NCBI GenBank assembly: GCA_017656185.1
Contig: JACDOK010000009.1
Span: forward strand, 1,227 to 65,226
Length of the DNA stretch: 64,000 nucleotides
Origin: Peptococcaceae bacterium
Lineage (GTDB): Bacteria > Bacillota > Desulfotomaculia > Desulfotomaculales > JACDOK01
Reading direction: 5' to 3'
The notes beneath the pieces are model-generated. The model was given only the letters and a program-made list of their open reading frames with translations. It did not search any database and was not told the DNA's origin. The position numbers and the translations under genes are program-made. Positions 1 to 11,609 of this stretch are shown in pieces. How positions within the stretch are numbered: the stretch's first letter is position 1; each line of letters opens with the position of its first letter.

Positions 1-485
1 CGCAGGCGGGACTTTACCATCACTACGGCATTCCCAAATATCCCCTTAGTGCCAAAATGTTTGGCGTTTTTGCCCATACCGCGAGCAGACAAAACGTGAA
101 ACTGCTGCAGGGTTTTGATGATGAGTTTTTTGTTCCCCATTCACGCCATGCGGAGGTAAAAAAGGCGGATATAGAAAAAATAAATGAGCTTGAAATTCTT
201 TCCGAATCAAAAGAGGCGGGAGTTTATATCGTCGCAGCAAAAAACGGGCGTCAGATTTTTGTAACCGGCCACCCGGAATATGACCCGCTTACTTTAAAGT
301 CGGAATATGAACGGGATATTGGGAGAGGTATGGACATAACCGTACCAAAAAATTATTTTCCCAATAATGATCCCCAAAAATACCCTTTGGTAAAATGGAG
401 GGGACATGCCAATTTGTTGTTTTCAAATTGGTTGAATTATTATGTTTATCAAGAAACACCATATGACTTGAATGAAATAAAGTAG
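1..485 (+). CDS. metA: Homoserine O-acyltransferase MetA, C-terminal part (5' end outside the window)
   Basis: The frame is open from the window start (..[29 protein letters not shown]..), which is MetA-like. metY follows directly. Confidence 0.85.
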   Translation, partial: QAGLYHHYGIPKYPLSAKMFGVFAHTASRQNVKLLQGFDDEFFVPHSRHAEVKKADIEKINELEILSESKEAGVYIVAAKNGRQIFVTGHPEYDPLTLKSEYERDIGRGMDITVPKNYFPNNDPQKYPLVKWRGHANLLFSNWLNYYVYQETPYDLNEIK

Positions 486-509
486 TTTTTAACCGCTTAG
501 GCTTCTTAA

Positions 510-1814
<1,305 letters not shown>

Positions 1815-1835
1815 TAAGGAACGGAGGTATGAAAA

Positions 1836-2039
1836 ATGAGTGAGATCGCGTTAAAAATCGAGGGGATGACCTGCGATCATTGTAAAATGGCTGTCGAAAA
1901 AGCTCTCAAAGGCGTCCCCGGGGTGGAGAGCGTCAAGGTAGACCTGGACAAAAAGGAAGCGGCCGTAACCGGTTCCGCTGGCCGGGATGCTCTGGTAAAG
2001 GCCGTGGAAGACGCCGGTTATAACGTGGTAGGTGCATAG
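1836..2039 (+). CDS. copZ: Heavy-metal-associated (HMA) domain metallochaperone, CopZ-like
   Basis: 67 aa with a GMTCDHC metal-binding motif and the typical ferredoxin-like HMA length. RBS GGAGG. Confidence 0.8.
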   Translation: MSEIALKIEGMTCDHCKMAVEKALKGVPGVESVKVDLDKKEAAVTGSAGRDALVKAVEDAGYNVVGA

Positions 2040-2072
2040 CAAGCCAAAATTATTATAGAAGGATGGTGTTGC

Positions 2073-2873
2073 TTGATTGCGAGTAACATTGAAAACGTAA
2101 GACGTAAAAAACCTTTGATTCACTGCATAACAAACGTGGTTGTAACGAATTTTACCGCCAATGGTTTGCTGGCGATTGGTGCGTCACCTGTGATGGCGTA
2201 TGCAAAAGAAGAAGTTAAAGACATGGTTCGGATGGCGGATGCACTGCTTTTAAATATTGGAACACCAGATCAGATGCTGGTCGAGGCAATGATTTTAGCC
2301 GGTAAAGCTGCCAATAAAGCTGGTGTTCCTGTTGTTTTTGATCCCGTGGGGGCGGGAGCGACCCCGTATCGAACGGGCATATCAAAGAGAATCTTGGATG
2401 AAGTCAACATTACTGTTCTTAGAGGGAACAGCGGCGAAATTGCCTCTCTGCTCGGTGAAACCGCCGACGTAAGAGGAGTTGACGGTACTACGGCACTTGA
2501 TCCTGCTGCTCTCGCTCAAAAGGCTGCCCGGGCGTTTTCAACAGTCGCTGCCGTCACGGGTGAGGTTGACGTCGTTAGTGACGGGAACCGAATAAAGATG
2601 GTTCAAAACGGTCACCCGTGGATGGCAAAAGTGGTAGGGACGGGGTGTTTGCTGGGAGCGGTAATAAGCGCTTTTGTGGCTGTTGGTGACAATGTAATCA
2701 ACGACGCAGCCAATGCTTTAGCGACATATGGCGTGGTGGGAGAAATTGCTTATGAAAGTTCGTCGGCTAAAGGTATCGGCAGCTTTCAGGAAGCATTTTT
2801 AAACGGGTTGAGTACCGTTTCTGACGCTGACGTTAAAAAAATGGCCAAGATCAGTTCTGTTGAACCTCGCTAA
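2073..2873 (+). CDS. thiM: Hydroxyethylthiazole kinase
   Basis: 266 aa. IHCITNVVVTNFTANGLLAIGASPVMA and the VVGTGC motif are typical of ThiM. TTG start. Confidence 0.85.
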   Translation: MIASNIENVRRKKPLIHCITNVVVTNFTANGLLAIGASPVMAYAKEEVKDMVRMADALLLNIGTPDQMLVEAMILAGKAANKAGVPVVFDPVGAGATPYRTGISKRILDEVNITVLRGNSGEIASLLGETADVRGVDGTTALDPAALAQKAARAFSTVAAVTGEVDVVSDGNRIKMVQNGHPWMAKVVGTGCLLGAVISAFVAVGDNVINDAANALATYGVVGEIAYESSSAKGIGSFQEAFLNGLSTVSDADVKKMAKISSVEPR

Positions 2874-2893
2874 CCACCTAATAGCCAAAGCCG

Positions 2894-4072
2894 CTATGAG
2901 GTCTGTTTGAAACTCCGTTCGATGGTACCGCCTCCCACCACCAGGTCGCCGCGGTAGAATACCGCGGCCTGGCCGGGGGTAACCGCCATCTGCGGATCGG
3001 AAAGCCTGACCAGTACGCGCCCGTCTTCCAGAGGCGCTATAATCCCTTTTACGGCAGGGGTGGTATATCTGATCTTAACTTCTACTTCTGCGGGGCCGGT
3101 CAACCTGTCAAAAAGGATGAAATTATTTTCGGTAGTCGTGAAGGTGCTGACCTGCAGGTCCTCCTTGTCACCCACGACCACGGTGTTTTCAGCGGGATCC
3201 AGCGCCACTACGTAAACGGGCCGGCCCAAGGCCAACCCCAGCCCGCGGCGCTGGCCGATGGTGTAGTGATGCACACCTGAGTGTTCACCCAAAACTTTGC
3301 CTTCGGTATCGACAATGGGACCGGGTCGCGCCGCGCCGGGTCTTCTTTCATTAACAAAGTTTCTGTAATCTCCGTCAGGAATAAAGCATATTTCTTGACT
3401 TTCCGGTTTGGCGGCCACTTTTAATCCCACCTTGCGGGCTATGTCCCGTACCTGGCTTTTCTTAAGTCCTCCCAGCGGAAACAGGATGCGTGACAGTTGA
3501 TCCTGCGTGAGCATGTAAAGGAAATAGCTTTGGTCCTTCTGATCGTCAATGCCCCGCAGCATAAGGTACCGGTTGTGTTCCAGCGAGTAGAAGACCCGCA
3601 CGTAATGGCCGGTGACCAGCCACCTTGCGCCCAGTTCCGCGGTGCGCCGCAGGAGAAGATCGAACTTGATGTATTTGTTGCATGCAACGCACGGGTTTGG
3701 CGTGCGCCCGGCCAGGTATTCGGATATGAAAGGATCGACAACCATCCGCTCGAAGGGTTCGCGAAAATTAAGGACGTAATGAGGAAAACCCAGGGACCAC
3801 GCTATGTTCCTGGCGTCATTAATCGCACCCAGGGAACAACAAGTCCGCGGCAGGGAAGGTCCTTCGTCGATCACGGGCCATACCTGCATAGTAATGCCGA
3901 TGACATCGAAACCGGAGTTTTTGAGCAGGTATGCCGCGACGGAGCTGTCAACTCCGCCGCTCATGGCAACCACTGCTTTCTCCGGATTGCCGTACCGGTT
4001 CTGGCTTCGTTGCCAATCCAGTTCGTGGTTAACAGTGTCCTCATTGAGCCGGGGAAATACCCCCTGCCGCAT
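2894..4072 (-). CDS. mnmA: tRNA 2-thiouridine(34) synthase
   Basis: 392 aa. PP-loop AMSGGVDSSV, then CCSLG..NPCVACN. Sits downstream of iscU/nifS as in many Firmicutes. Confidence 0.9.
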   Translation of the reverse strand: MRQGVFPRLNEDTVNHELDWQRSQNRYGNPEKAVVAMSGGVDSSVAAYLLKNSGFDVIGITMQVWPVIDEGPSLPRTCCSLGAINDARNIAWSLGFPHYVLNFREPFERMVVDPFISEYLAGRTPNPCVACNKYIKFDLLLRRTAELGARWLVTGHYVRVFYSLEHNRYLMLRGIDDQKDQSYFLYMLTQDQLSRILFPLGGLKKSQVRDIARKVGLKVAAKPESQEICFIPDGDYRNFVNERRPGAARPGPIVDTEGKVLGEHSGVHHYTIGQRRGLGLALGRPVYVVALDPAENTVVVGDKEDLQVSTFTTTENNFILFDRLTGPAEVEVKIRYTTPAVKGIIAPLEDGRVLVRLSDPQMAVTPGQAAVFYRGDLVVGGGTIERSFKQTS

Positions 4073-4093
4073 ATGCTTTTATGCCTCCCCGTT

Positions 4094-4489
4094 TTATTCT
4101 ACAGCCCGGTCAGTTTCAGCCTGTTTGGACCGGGAAAGGTAGTCGTTAATGGCTTTGTGCAGGGCGTCGGCCGCCAGATTTGAGCAGTGCAGCTTGTTTC
4201 GCGGCAGCCCGTCCAGAGCCTCTGCCACGGCGCGGTTAGTAATCTGTTTCGCCTCTTCAACGGTTTTCCCTTTAACCATTTCGGTCACCATGGAGCTCGT
4301 GGCAATCGCCGCCGCGCAGCCGAAGGTTTTGAACTTGATGTCCGTTATCCTGTTGTTGTCAACTTTGATGCTGATCTGCATAATATCACCACATGCCGGG
4401 TTTCCGACCCGGCCCACGCCGTCCGCGTTCTCGATTTTCCCTACGTTGCGGGGGTTTGTGAAGTGATCCATTACTTTTTCTGAATACAT
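4094..4489 (-). CDS. iscU: Fe-S cluster assembly scaffold (NifU/IscU N-terminal type)
   Basis: 131 aa. MYSEKVMDHFTNPRNVG..GNPACGD..FKTFGCAAAIA..LHCS motifs. Confidence 0.9.
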   Translation of the reverse strand: MYSEKVMDHFTNPRNVGKIENADGVGRVGNPACGDIMQISIKVDNNRITDIKFKTFGCAAAIATSSMVTEMVKGKTVEEAKQITNRAVAEALDGLPRNKLHCSNLAADALHKAINDYLSRSKQAETDRAVE

Positions 4490-4490
4490 C

Positions 4491-5657
4491 TTAACACCTC
4501 CCGGGAGACGCGAGCGGGGACATCGCCCTCAGTTTCTTTACGGTTTCTTCCAGAACGTCGACGACGTAATCGATATCATCTTCGGTATTGGACGTACCCA
4601 GAGTCATTCTTAAAGAGCCGTGGGCCACCTCGCGGGGTATTCCCATAGCCAGCAGCACGTGGGACGGTTCGAGAGTCCCGGACATACACGCCGAGCCGCT
4701 GGAAGCGGCAATACCCTTCAAGTCGAGGTTCAAAAGTATGGATTCACCTTCTACATACTTGATGCTGACGTTGACGTTGCCCGGCAGGCGGCGCCGGCGG
4801 TGGCCGTTAAGTTTAACGTCTTCGATGCGCCTAAATATCTCTTCTATGAGCTTTTCCCGCAGGCGGGTCAGCTTTTCCCGGTGTTCGTTCAATTCTGCCG
4901 CTGCCAGCTCCGCGGCCTTGCCAAACCCGGCGATTCCCGGGACGTTTTCCGTACCCGGCCGTCTCCCGCGCTCTTGAGCCCCACCGTACAATATAGGGGC
5001 GATCTTAACTCCTTTACGGACATAGAGGGCCCCGATACCTTTGGGCCCGTACAGCTTGTGGGCGGACATGCTCAACAAATCCACCCCGAGCTTTTTGACA
5101 TCCACTGGGATCTGGCCTACGGCCTGAACGGCGTCGGTGTGGAACAAAACACCGTGCTCACGGCATATGCGCGCGATTTCCGCTACCGGTTCTACCGTGC
5201 CGACTTCGTTATTGGCAAGCATCACGCTTACTAACGCCGTGTCTTTGCGGATGGCGCGGCGTACATCGTCCGGGTCCACCAGCCCGTCGCTGTCCACGTC
5301 AAGATAAGTAACGGCATGGCCCTCCTTTTCTAACGCTTCCGCGCAGTGAAGGACGGCGTGATGCTCTATCTTCGTGGTTATAAAATGCTGCTTCTTGTCT
5401 CTGGTATAGGTCACGCCTTTGAGGGCAAAATTATCGGCTTCGGTGCCTCCGCTGGTGAAAATTATTTCTTCCGGAGAAGCATTAATTAGATTGGCGATGT
5501 ATTTTCTTGCATCATCCATGCCCTTCCTGGCTTCTTGGCCGGTTGAATGAGGACTGGAGGGATTGCCCCAATTGGCAGTCAAATATCTCGTCATTACCTC
5601 GGCAACCTCAGACCTTACGGGGGTCGTAGCCGCGTGGTCAAGATAAATCCGCCTCAT
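4491..5657 (-). CDS. nifS: Cysteine desulfurase (NifS/IscS class)
   Basis: 388 aa. IYLDHAATTP, SAHKLYGPKG (PLP lysine) and SSGSAC (active-site Cys). Confidence 0.9.
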   Translation of the reverse strand: MRRIYLDHAATTPVRSEVAEVMTRYLTANWGNPSSPHSTGQEARKGMDDARKYIANLINASPEEIIFTSGGTEADNFALKGVTYTRDKKQHFITTKIEHHAVLHCAEALEKEGHAVTYLDVDSDGLVDPDDVRRAIRKDTALVSVMLANNEVGTVEPVAEIARICREHGVLFHTDAVQAVGQIPVDVKKLGVDLLSMSAHKLYGPKGIGALYVRKGVKIAPILYGGAQERGRRPGTENVPGIAGFGKAAELAAAELNEHREKLTRLREKLIEEIFRRIEDVKLNGHRRRRLPGNVNVSIKYVEGESILLNLDLKGIAASSGSACMSGTLEPSHVLLAMGIPREVAHGSLRMTLGTSNTEDDIDYVVDVLEETVKKLRAMSPLASPGRC

Positions 5658-5907
5658 TCCTGATCACCTCTAGATTCGATATTGGATATATCTCCCCTAG
5701 CAATAGGTATCTCCTTTAGTAATTTCAAATATATCATAAGTATGCCGACTGTTTTAGTCAATTTTGGTCTATGATTTATTTATTTCGCGGATAAGGATAT
5801 TGCCAACTGCATAGAGGTTGAAGGGTGACATAAAAAGGGGATGATCTATCTGTTGGTCCGGCCAACGGCGGTCACCGGAAGATGGCATTCCATGATCTTG
5901 CATTAAA

Positions 5908-8040
5908 CTAAGAGGAAACTCGTGCGTACCGCAAGGTTCTGGTAGCATTGAAAATAGCTATTAATGCCACGCCCACGTCCGCAAAGACGGCTTCCCACAG
6001 GGTAGCTAAGCCCAGTACTCCCAGTGCAACGAACAGGCCTTTAACCCCGAGTGCGAATACGATATTTTGGGTCACGATCTTTCTGGTGTAGCGGGCTATT
6101 TGAATGGCTTTGGCCAGTTTGCTCGGGCTATCGTCCATCAGCACCACATCGGCGGCTTCAATCGCCGCATCCGACCCCAGGGCTCCCATGGCTACGCCGA
6201 TATCGGCGCGGGTAATGACAGGAGCATCGTTAATTCCGTCACCCACGAAAACTAATTTGGCATCATTATTGGTACGCAGGTCTTTTTCTATTTCTTCGAC
6301 CTTAGAGACCTTATCCTGGGGCAGCAGTTCGGCGAAATAGGTATCCACGCCTACTGCTTGCGCGACCCTGGCGGCGACGTTTTTATCATCTCCGGTCAGC
6401 ATTACCGTTTGCTTTACTCCCAGTTTCTTCAACTGCGCCAAAGCTTGGGCCGTGTCTTCCTTGATTTCGTCCGCGATGATAAGATAGCCGGCAAAAACAC
6501 CGTCAACAGCAACATAAACTACCGTTCCCGCCACGTCACAATCGTCATGCTTCACCCCTTCTACGTGCAGCAGCCGGTCGTTTCCGGCCAGAATCGTCTT
6601 TCCCCCGACAGTCGCTTTGACGCCGTGGCCCTTAATCTCCTGGTACTCTTTCACTTTCCCGGGGTCGACCTCACCTTTATAAGCTTCCAGCACGGATTTG
6701 GCAATGGGATGGCTGGAGTGCACCTCGGCCATTGCCGCCCAGCGCAGAACCTCGTCTTCCGTGAAGCCGTTCTTGGTCACCACACGGGAAACCTTGAAAA
6801 CTCCCTTGGTAAGGGTCCCCGTCTTGTCGAAAACGGCCGTGTGTACCCGGGTCAGGGCGTCCAGGAAGTTGGCACCCTTGACCAATATACCGGCACGTGA
6901 TGCCCCTCCAACGCCCCCGAAGTATCCTAACGGTATGGAAATAACCAGGGCACAGGGGCAGGAGATCACCAAAAGGATCAGCGCCCGGTAAATCCATTCG
7001 GCAAAAGTAGCCTGCGGAATTACCAGCGGCGGTACAATCGCCACCGCCACAGCACCAAAGACTACAGCCGGGGTATACCAGCCGGCAAACCTGGTGATAA
7101 ACTTTTCCGTGGGGGCTTTTCTGCTGGCAGCGTTTTCTACCAGTTCGAGAATCTTAGAAACGGACGATTCTTTAAATTTCCTGGTGACTTTGACTTTTAA
7201 AAGACCGCTCCCATTGATTACGCCCGAAAGAATTTCTTCTCCCGGTTCCACTCTGCGGGGTATCGATTCCCCGGTCAGTGCGGAAGTATCTACAAAAGAG
7301 CTTCCTTCCACCACTACACCATCCAGTGGTACCTTCTCTCCCGGTTTGACTTCGATGAGCTGTCCAACGGTTACCTCTTCAGGAGATACTTTCCGGCTTT
7401 TTCCGTCTATGACCAGGTTGGCGCAATCGGGACGTACGTCCATTAAAGCAGAAATAGAACGGCGAGAACAGTTGACTGCCAGGTCCTGGAAGAACTCACC
7501 CACGGCGAAGAACAGCATTACACCTACGGCTTCCGGTATCTGGTGAATGGCTATAGCCCCTGCCGTAGCAACGGTCAGTAAAAAGTTTTCATCAAAGACC
7601 TGACCGCGGCGGATATTCTTAACGGCCTTCCATACCACCGGGCCTCCTACGAGAAGATAGGCTGACATAAATACCATGTATTCTCCGAAAGCATAAGGTG
7701 TATTGTGCAGAACCTGCTTAAAAATCATACCCCCTATAAACAATAAAGTGGTAGCAATAATTCTAATCAGATGGCGCTTGGAATTTTCATTTTCTTCCTC
7801 TATACTGGGCCGGTTCCCTGGCTTGCCGGCTTCTTCAGCAGGAAGCAGCTTCACACCCGGTTCAATTCTATTAATGATCTCTTGCGCCTTTGCTTCAAAT
7901 TCAGGGTCGAGCGTGGCAGCCCGGGTAGCAAAATTCACACTGGCGTTGCTTAAGCCCTCAACCTTATTCAATTCTCGCTCTATCTTTGCTGCGCAATTGG
8001 CACAATCGAGCCCCTCCAGAATATACTTCATATATGGCAC
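5908..8040 (-). CDS. cadA: Heavy-metal translocating P1B-type ATPase (Cd/Zn/Pb type)
   Basis: 710 aa. N-terminal HMA GLDCANC, transmembrane CPC motif (VISCPCAL), DKTGTLT phosphorylation site, GDGINDAP. Confidence 0.85.
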   Translation of the reverse strand: MPYMKYILEGLDCANCAAKIERELNKVEGLSNASVNFATRAATLDPEFEAKAQEIINRIEPGVKLLPAEEAGKPGNRPSIEEENENSKRHLIRIIATTLLFIGGMIFKQVLHNTPYAFGEYMVFMSAYLLVGGPVVWKAVKNIRRGQVFDENFLLTVATAGAIAIHQIPEAVGVMLFFAVGEFFQDLAVNCSRRSISALMDVRPDCANLVIDGKSRKVSPEEVTVGQLIEVKPGEKVPLDGVVVEGSSFVDTSALTGESIPRRVEPGEEILSGVINGSGLLKVKVTRKFKESSVSKILELVENAASRKAPTEKFITRFAGWYTPAVVFGAVAVAIVPPLVIPQATFAEWIYRALILLVISCPCALVISIPLGYFGGVGGASRAGILVKGANFLDALTRVHTAVFDKTGTLTKGVFKVSRVVTKNGFTEDEVLRWAAMAEVHSSHPIAKSVLEAYKGEVDPGKVKEYQEIKGHGVKATVGGKTILAGNDRLLHVEGVKHDDCDVAGTVVYVAVDGVFAGYLIIADEIKEDTAQALAQLKKLGVKQTVMLTGDDKNVAARVAQAVGVDTYFAELLPQDKVSKVEEIEKDLRTNNDAKLVFVGDGINDAPVITRADIGVAMGALGSDAAIEAADVVLMDDSPSKLAKAIQIARYTRKIVTQNIVFALGVKGLFVALGVLGLATLWEAVFADVGVALIAIFNATRTLRYARVSS

Positions 8041-8096
8041 CTCTTAATCTATAAATCTTTGCGCTTAACAGGGTAGAGTCCGAGGGTATATATTGC

Positions 8097-8456
8097 CTAT
8101 CCGTGTCGAACATGATCCAACATTTGTTCAAAAAGCAAAATTATGTGTTCATCGTCTATGGAATAATAGACATTCTTCCCTTCTTTACGGTATTTGACCA
8201 ATCTGGCACCTCTTAGTACACGCAATTGGTGAGAAATGGCGGAAATGCTCTGGCCAACTACTGCTGACAATTCACAAACGCATAATTCTTTTTGCAGTAA
8301 AGCGTAAAGGATCTTGATCCTGGTCCGGTCACCGAGAACCTTAAAGGTCTCTGCCATGCGTACCGCTTCACCGTCGGGCAGCATCTTTTCTTTGACTTGT
8401 TTTACGGTTTCACCGTCAACACAAAAGGCCTGGCAGGTATCATTTCTTGTCTTCAA
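8097..8456 (-). CDS. cadC: ArsR/SmtB-family metal-sensing repressor (CadC-like)
   Basis: 119 aa. ELCVCEL plus HTH ISHQLRVLR. Immediately upstream of the P-type ATPase on the same strand. Confidence 0.7.
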   Translation of the reverse strand: MKTRNDTCQAFCVDGETVKQVKEKMLPDGEAVRMAETFKVLGDRTRIKILYALLQKELCVCELSAVVGQSISAISHQLRVLRGARLVKYRKEGKNVYYSIDDEHIILLFEQMLDHVRHG

Positions 8457-8483
8457 GATAAACCTCCTTACATATCCATATCA

Positions 8484-8505
8484 TGAATATTTGAATAGAT
8501 ATTCA
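8484..8505. promoter_or_regulatory. Candidate ArsR/SmtB operator (TGAATAT-N8-ATATTCA inverted repeat)
   Basis: A 7-bp perfect inverted repeat ~30 bp upstream of the cadC start. It resembles the TGAA/TTCA-type operators of this family (from memory). Confidence 0.35.
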
Positions 8506-8746
8506 ATTGTTTGATGATAATTCTAATGGCTTAATGACATTAAGTCAATGATGAATAAAAAAAATTTCCATACTTTGGGTAAAAAGGGCTTGACTCCTTA
8601 TTCCCCTACCACCGGGACAAGTGATGGCGTTTTCTTTGTGAAATTTCTGGATACTAACGTGGAGGTCATAAAAGATTACAGTTGGTAAGCTGGTACGGGC
8701 CACTCTTAAAGAGGGATGGTAAAAATTTTAGGCCCTGCCAAAATGG

Positions 8747-9511
8747 TTATCCCACGCGCCAGTGGCCGGTATAAACGTTGAGGCGGTTGGCGCGGGCAAA
8801 ACTAACAATCGTAAGCCCGGTTTCTTCTCCAATGGTTAAGGCCATACAGGTCGGCGCTGAGCGGGATACCACGAAGGGAATACCGCAGTGCGCCGCCTTG
8901 GACGCCAGGTCGGAGGAAATACGCCCACTGGTGATTAAAATCTTGTCGTGTAAGGTGTTTTCTTTTAAAACCGCTTCCCCAATGACCTTATCGACGGCGT
9001 TGTGGCGCCCGATATCTTCTTTATGTATTACCGCCCCGTGCTCAGTGCACAGGGCGGCGCTGTGTACCCCTCCGGTATCCCGAAAAAGCCGTGATTGTTT
9101 TTGAAATACCTCTACCAGGGCCAGCAGTTGGTTACAGGTGATGCGGGGTCCCATATCCGGCGGCAGGACACGTACCGGTTGTTGAGATGTATTTCCACCG
9201 CAGCCTGAAGGGATCACATTCGGTGTGGCTTCAAATATTTTTGACGTGCCGATGCTAACATGGACAACCGTTTTATCTCTATTAAATGTCCAGCTTCGTA
9301 TTTCTTTGAGGCTTTGGACGATGCCTGTTGACAACAGATAGCCTACGGCAAGGTAATCCAGATCGTCCGGGGTACAGGCGAGGGATGCCGCCCGGCGATT
9401 GTTTACGTAGATGGTAAGCCAGGACTCCCGTACCACATCATCATGCAATTCTATACATTGTCCATCTTTGGAGCAGCGTTTCACCGGTACGGTAACGGCT
9501 TTGACACTCAT
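8747..9511 (-). CDS. fdhD: Formate dehydrogenase accessory sulfurtransferase FdhD
   Basis: 254 aa. GGVHSAAL, GRHNAVDK and SGRISSD motifs are typical of FdhD. Confidence 0.85.
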   Translation of the reverse strand: MSVKAVTVPVKRCSKDGQCIELHDDVVRESWLTIYVNNRRAASLACTPDDLDYLAVGYLLSTGIVQSLKEIRSWTFNRDKTVVHVSIGTSKIFEATPNVIPSGCGGNTSQQPVRVLPPDMGPRITCNQLLALVEVFQKQSRLFRDTGGVHSAALCTEHGAVIHKEDIGRHNAVDKVIGEAVLKENTLHDKILITSGRISSDLASKAAHCGIPFVVSRSAPTCMALTIGEETGLTIVSFARANRLNVYTGHWRVG

Positions 9512-9541
9512 CTAAAAATCCTCCGTTTGGCGTAAAGTAAA

Positions 9542-10696
9542 CTAGGCGCCCTGTTCACGGGTGGCGGATACAGCGCGGTCGATTTCGTCCCTTAGGGCGG
9601 GCGGCAGTCCCGGGATGTCCACGTTCAGGAAACCGCGGACGATGGTGGAAACAGCATCTTCTTCGGAAAGGCCCCGGGCCATAAGGTACTCGATTTCCTC
9701 ATGGGCAATTTTGCCTACGGCGGCCTCGTGTGACAGTTCGACGCCCTCCGCCCGGGCTTCCAGTTCGGGAATGGCATGAATCAAACCTTGGGGTGCGAGC
9801 ATCAGGCCGCGGCACTCGAGGTGGGCTTTGACTCCGGGGACTTGGCCTACCGGGTGCCCCCTGCTGATGATTTTTCCGCCGGTAGTAACGGTACGGGTGA
9901 TGATTTCGGATTTGGTGGCGGGGGCATCCAGCACGACGCGTGACCCCACGTCCATTTTGGACCCGGGGGGAGCGACCAGGATGCTCTGGTAGCGGGCTAC
10001 GGCCCCTTCGCCCCGCAGATAAGAAACGGGGTACATCTGCAGAAGCCGCACCGGGTGGGTGCAGATATAATTGGATATGAAGGTTCCGCCTTCTTCCACG
10101 ACTGTTCCGGTGCGGGGGCGTACTTCAACGTCCTCAGCCCAGCTGTGGATCATGGTGAAGTTGAGTTTGGCACCCTTACGTACGTAAAACTCGGAAATCC
10201 CGATGTGGGCACCGGACTTTGCTTTGGTACCGCTGGCACAACCGGTAATAATGTTTAGCTCGGCGCCCTCTTCCACAATGACGATGTTGTGGACGCACTG
10301 GGTTAGTCCTTCTCGGGCCAAGTAGAGACATGCCTGGAGCGGGTAATTGATCTTGGCTCCCGGCAAGGCCCTAATAAAGTAACCATTATGGGTATGGTCT
10401 TGGGCATACTTTGTAAATTCATCTTTGCCGGCGGGAACTATTTGCCACCAGTAGTCTTTCAACCAGTCATAACGCTTCAGGGCTTCCGGCGTGCTGAGAA
10501 CCTCCAGGCCCGGTTCCGCCGCACCGGCGTGCAGTACCTGGTGGTCTACCTGGACAAAAGAACCCGAGCGTTCGCGGCAGTGCGCGTCTACTCCCACACT
10601 CAACAAGCGGTCCAGGTCGCTGTTGTCCATCAACGGCGAGTTCAGAACCAGTGACGGCAGCGCAATGTCTGTCAATGTTGTAATATGATCACGCAT
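9542..10696 (-). CDS. sufB: SufB/SufD-family Fe-S cluster assembly protein
   Basis: The ORF track extends to 10846, but that overlaps sufC. An ATG (MRDHITT) at 10696 has RBS AAAGGAG. The C-terminus is SufBD-like. Confidence 0.8.
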   Translation of the reverse strand: MRDHITTLTDIALPSLVLNSPLMDNSDLDRLLSVGVDAHCRERSGSFVQVDHQVLHAGAAEPGLEVLSTPEALKRYDWLKDYWWQIVPAGKDEFTKYAQDHTHNGYFIRALPGAKINYPLQACLYLAREGLTQCVHNIVIVEEGAELNIITGCASGTKAKSGAHIGISEFYVRKGAKLNFTMIHSWAEDVEVRPRTGTVVEEGGTFISNYICTHPVRLLQMYPVSYLRGEGAVARYQSILVAPPGSKMDVGSRVVLDAPATKSEIITRTVTTGGKIISRGHPVGQVPGVKAHLECRGLMLAPQGLIHAIPELEARAEGVELSHEAAVGKIAHEEIEYLMARGLSEEDAVSTIVRGFLNVDIPGLPPALRDEIDRAVSATREQGA

Positions 10697-10721
10697 CACA
10701 GATGCTCCTTTCGTTCTAATA

Positions 10722-11471
10722 TTAAACCAGGCAGCGGACACACTCGCTGTAACCTTTCTGTTGGATAAACGCCAAGATTTCACGGGGATGGCCGGTACAG
10801 GCCAGTCTTCCTTCATACAACACGTGGCCGACGTCGGCCTCCACAAAGTTCAGGATGTGCCCGGTGTGCGTGATGATGAGGCCTGCCTTGTGCCGTGAAT
10901 GCTTCAGCTGGCAATCGGAACCCTGGTATCTTGGTTTCTCTTTCTCTAAGAGCAGGTTAAGGGCACTGCCGATTAAACCGATATTTTCCAGGTCAACGCC
11001 TGACTCGGGTTCATCAATAAGGGCTAGGTCAGGCTGCTGGGTCAGGAGCTGTAGTAACTCGGAGCGCTTAAGCTCGCCGCCGGAAAAACCGTCGTTGACG
11101 TCGCGCTCAAGAAAGGTACGGAGTTTAAGCTGGCTGGCAAGGGTATCGATGTCAATATCGTTACGGGCACAGATTTTTAAAATGTTGCGTAGTGAAAGGC
11201 CGCGGATGGTAGGAGGACGCTGGAACATAAGCCCGATACCGAGGCGTGCGCGTTCGTCAACGGACAAAGAGGTGATGTCCTGCCCCTTGAAGCAGCAGCG
11301 GCCGGAAACCCGGTATCTCGGGAGACCCATTATGGCGTTCAGCAGGGTGGATTTGCCGTGCCCGTTGGGACCGAACAAGACGTGGGTTTCACCGGCCTTA
11401 ATTGTGAGGTTGATGTTATGCAGAATATGCTTGCCATCAAGGGTGACGTTAAAATTCTCCAAAACAAGCAT
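10722..11471 (-). CDS. sufC: Fe-S cluster assembly ATPase SufC
   Basis: 249 aa. Walker A GPNGHGKST, ABC signature FSGGE, Walker B LALIDEP. Confidence 0.85.
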   Translation of the reverse strand: MLVLENFNVTLDGKHILHNINLTIKAGETHVLFGPNGHGKSTLLNAIMGLPRYRVSGRCCFKGQDITSLSVDERARLGIGLMFQRPPTIRGLSLRNILKICARNDIDIDTLASQLKLRTFLERDVNDGFSGGELKRSELLQLLTQQPDLALIDEPESGVDLENIGLIGSALNLLLEKEKPRYQGSDCQLKHSRHKAGLIITHTGHILNFVEADVGHVLYEGRLACTGHPREILAFIQQKGYSECVRCLV

Positions 11472-11609
11472 CGTATCACCTGCCTATCAATAAGTATTCA
11501 AATGGATTTACTAACATTTAAACTTGTACCTTAATTCGTAAGGCAAACTTAGAAATCCTCCCGTGCTCCCGAAAATTTTTCAAGTTGGGGACGGTTTTTG
11601 ACTTGAATT

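Noticed and set aside
9542-10846. The long 434-aa version of the SufB/D ORF
   Set aside because: Its first 50 codons overlap the 3' end of sufC and look non-protein-like. An internal ATG at 10696 has a good RBS.
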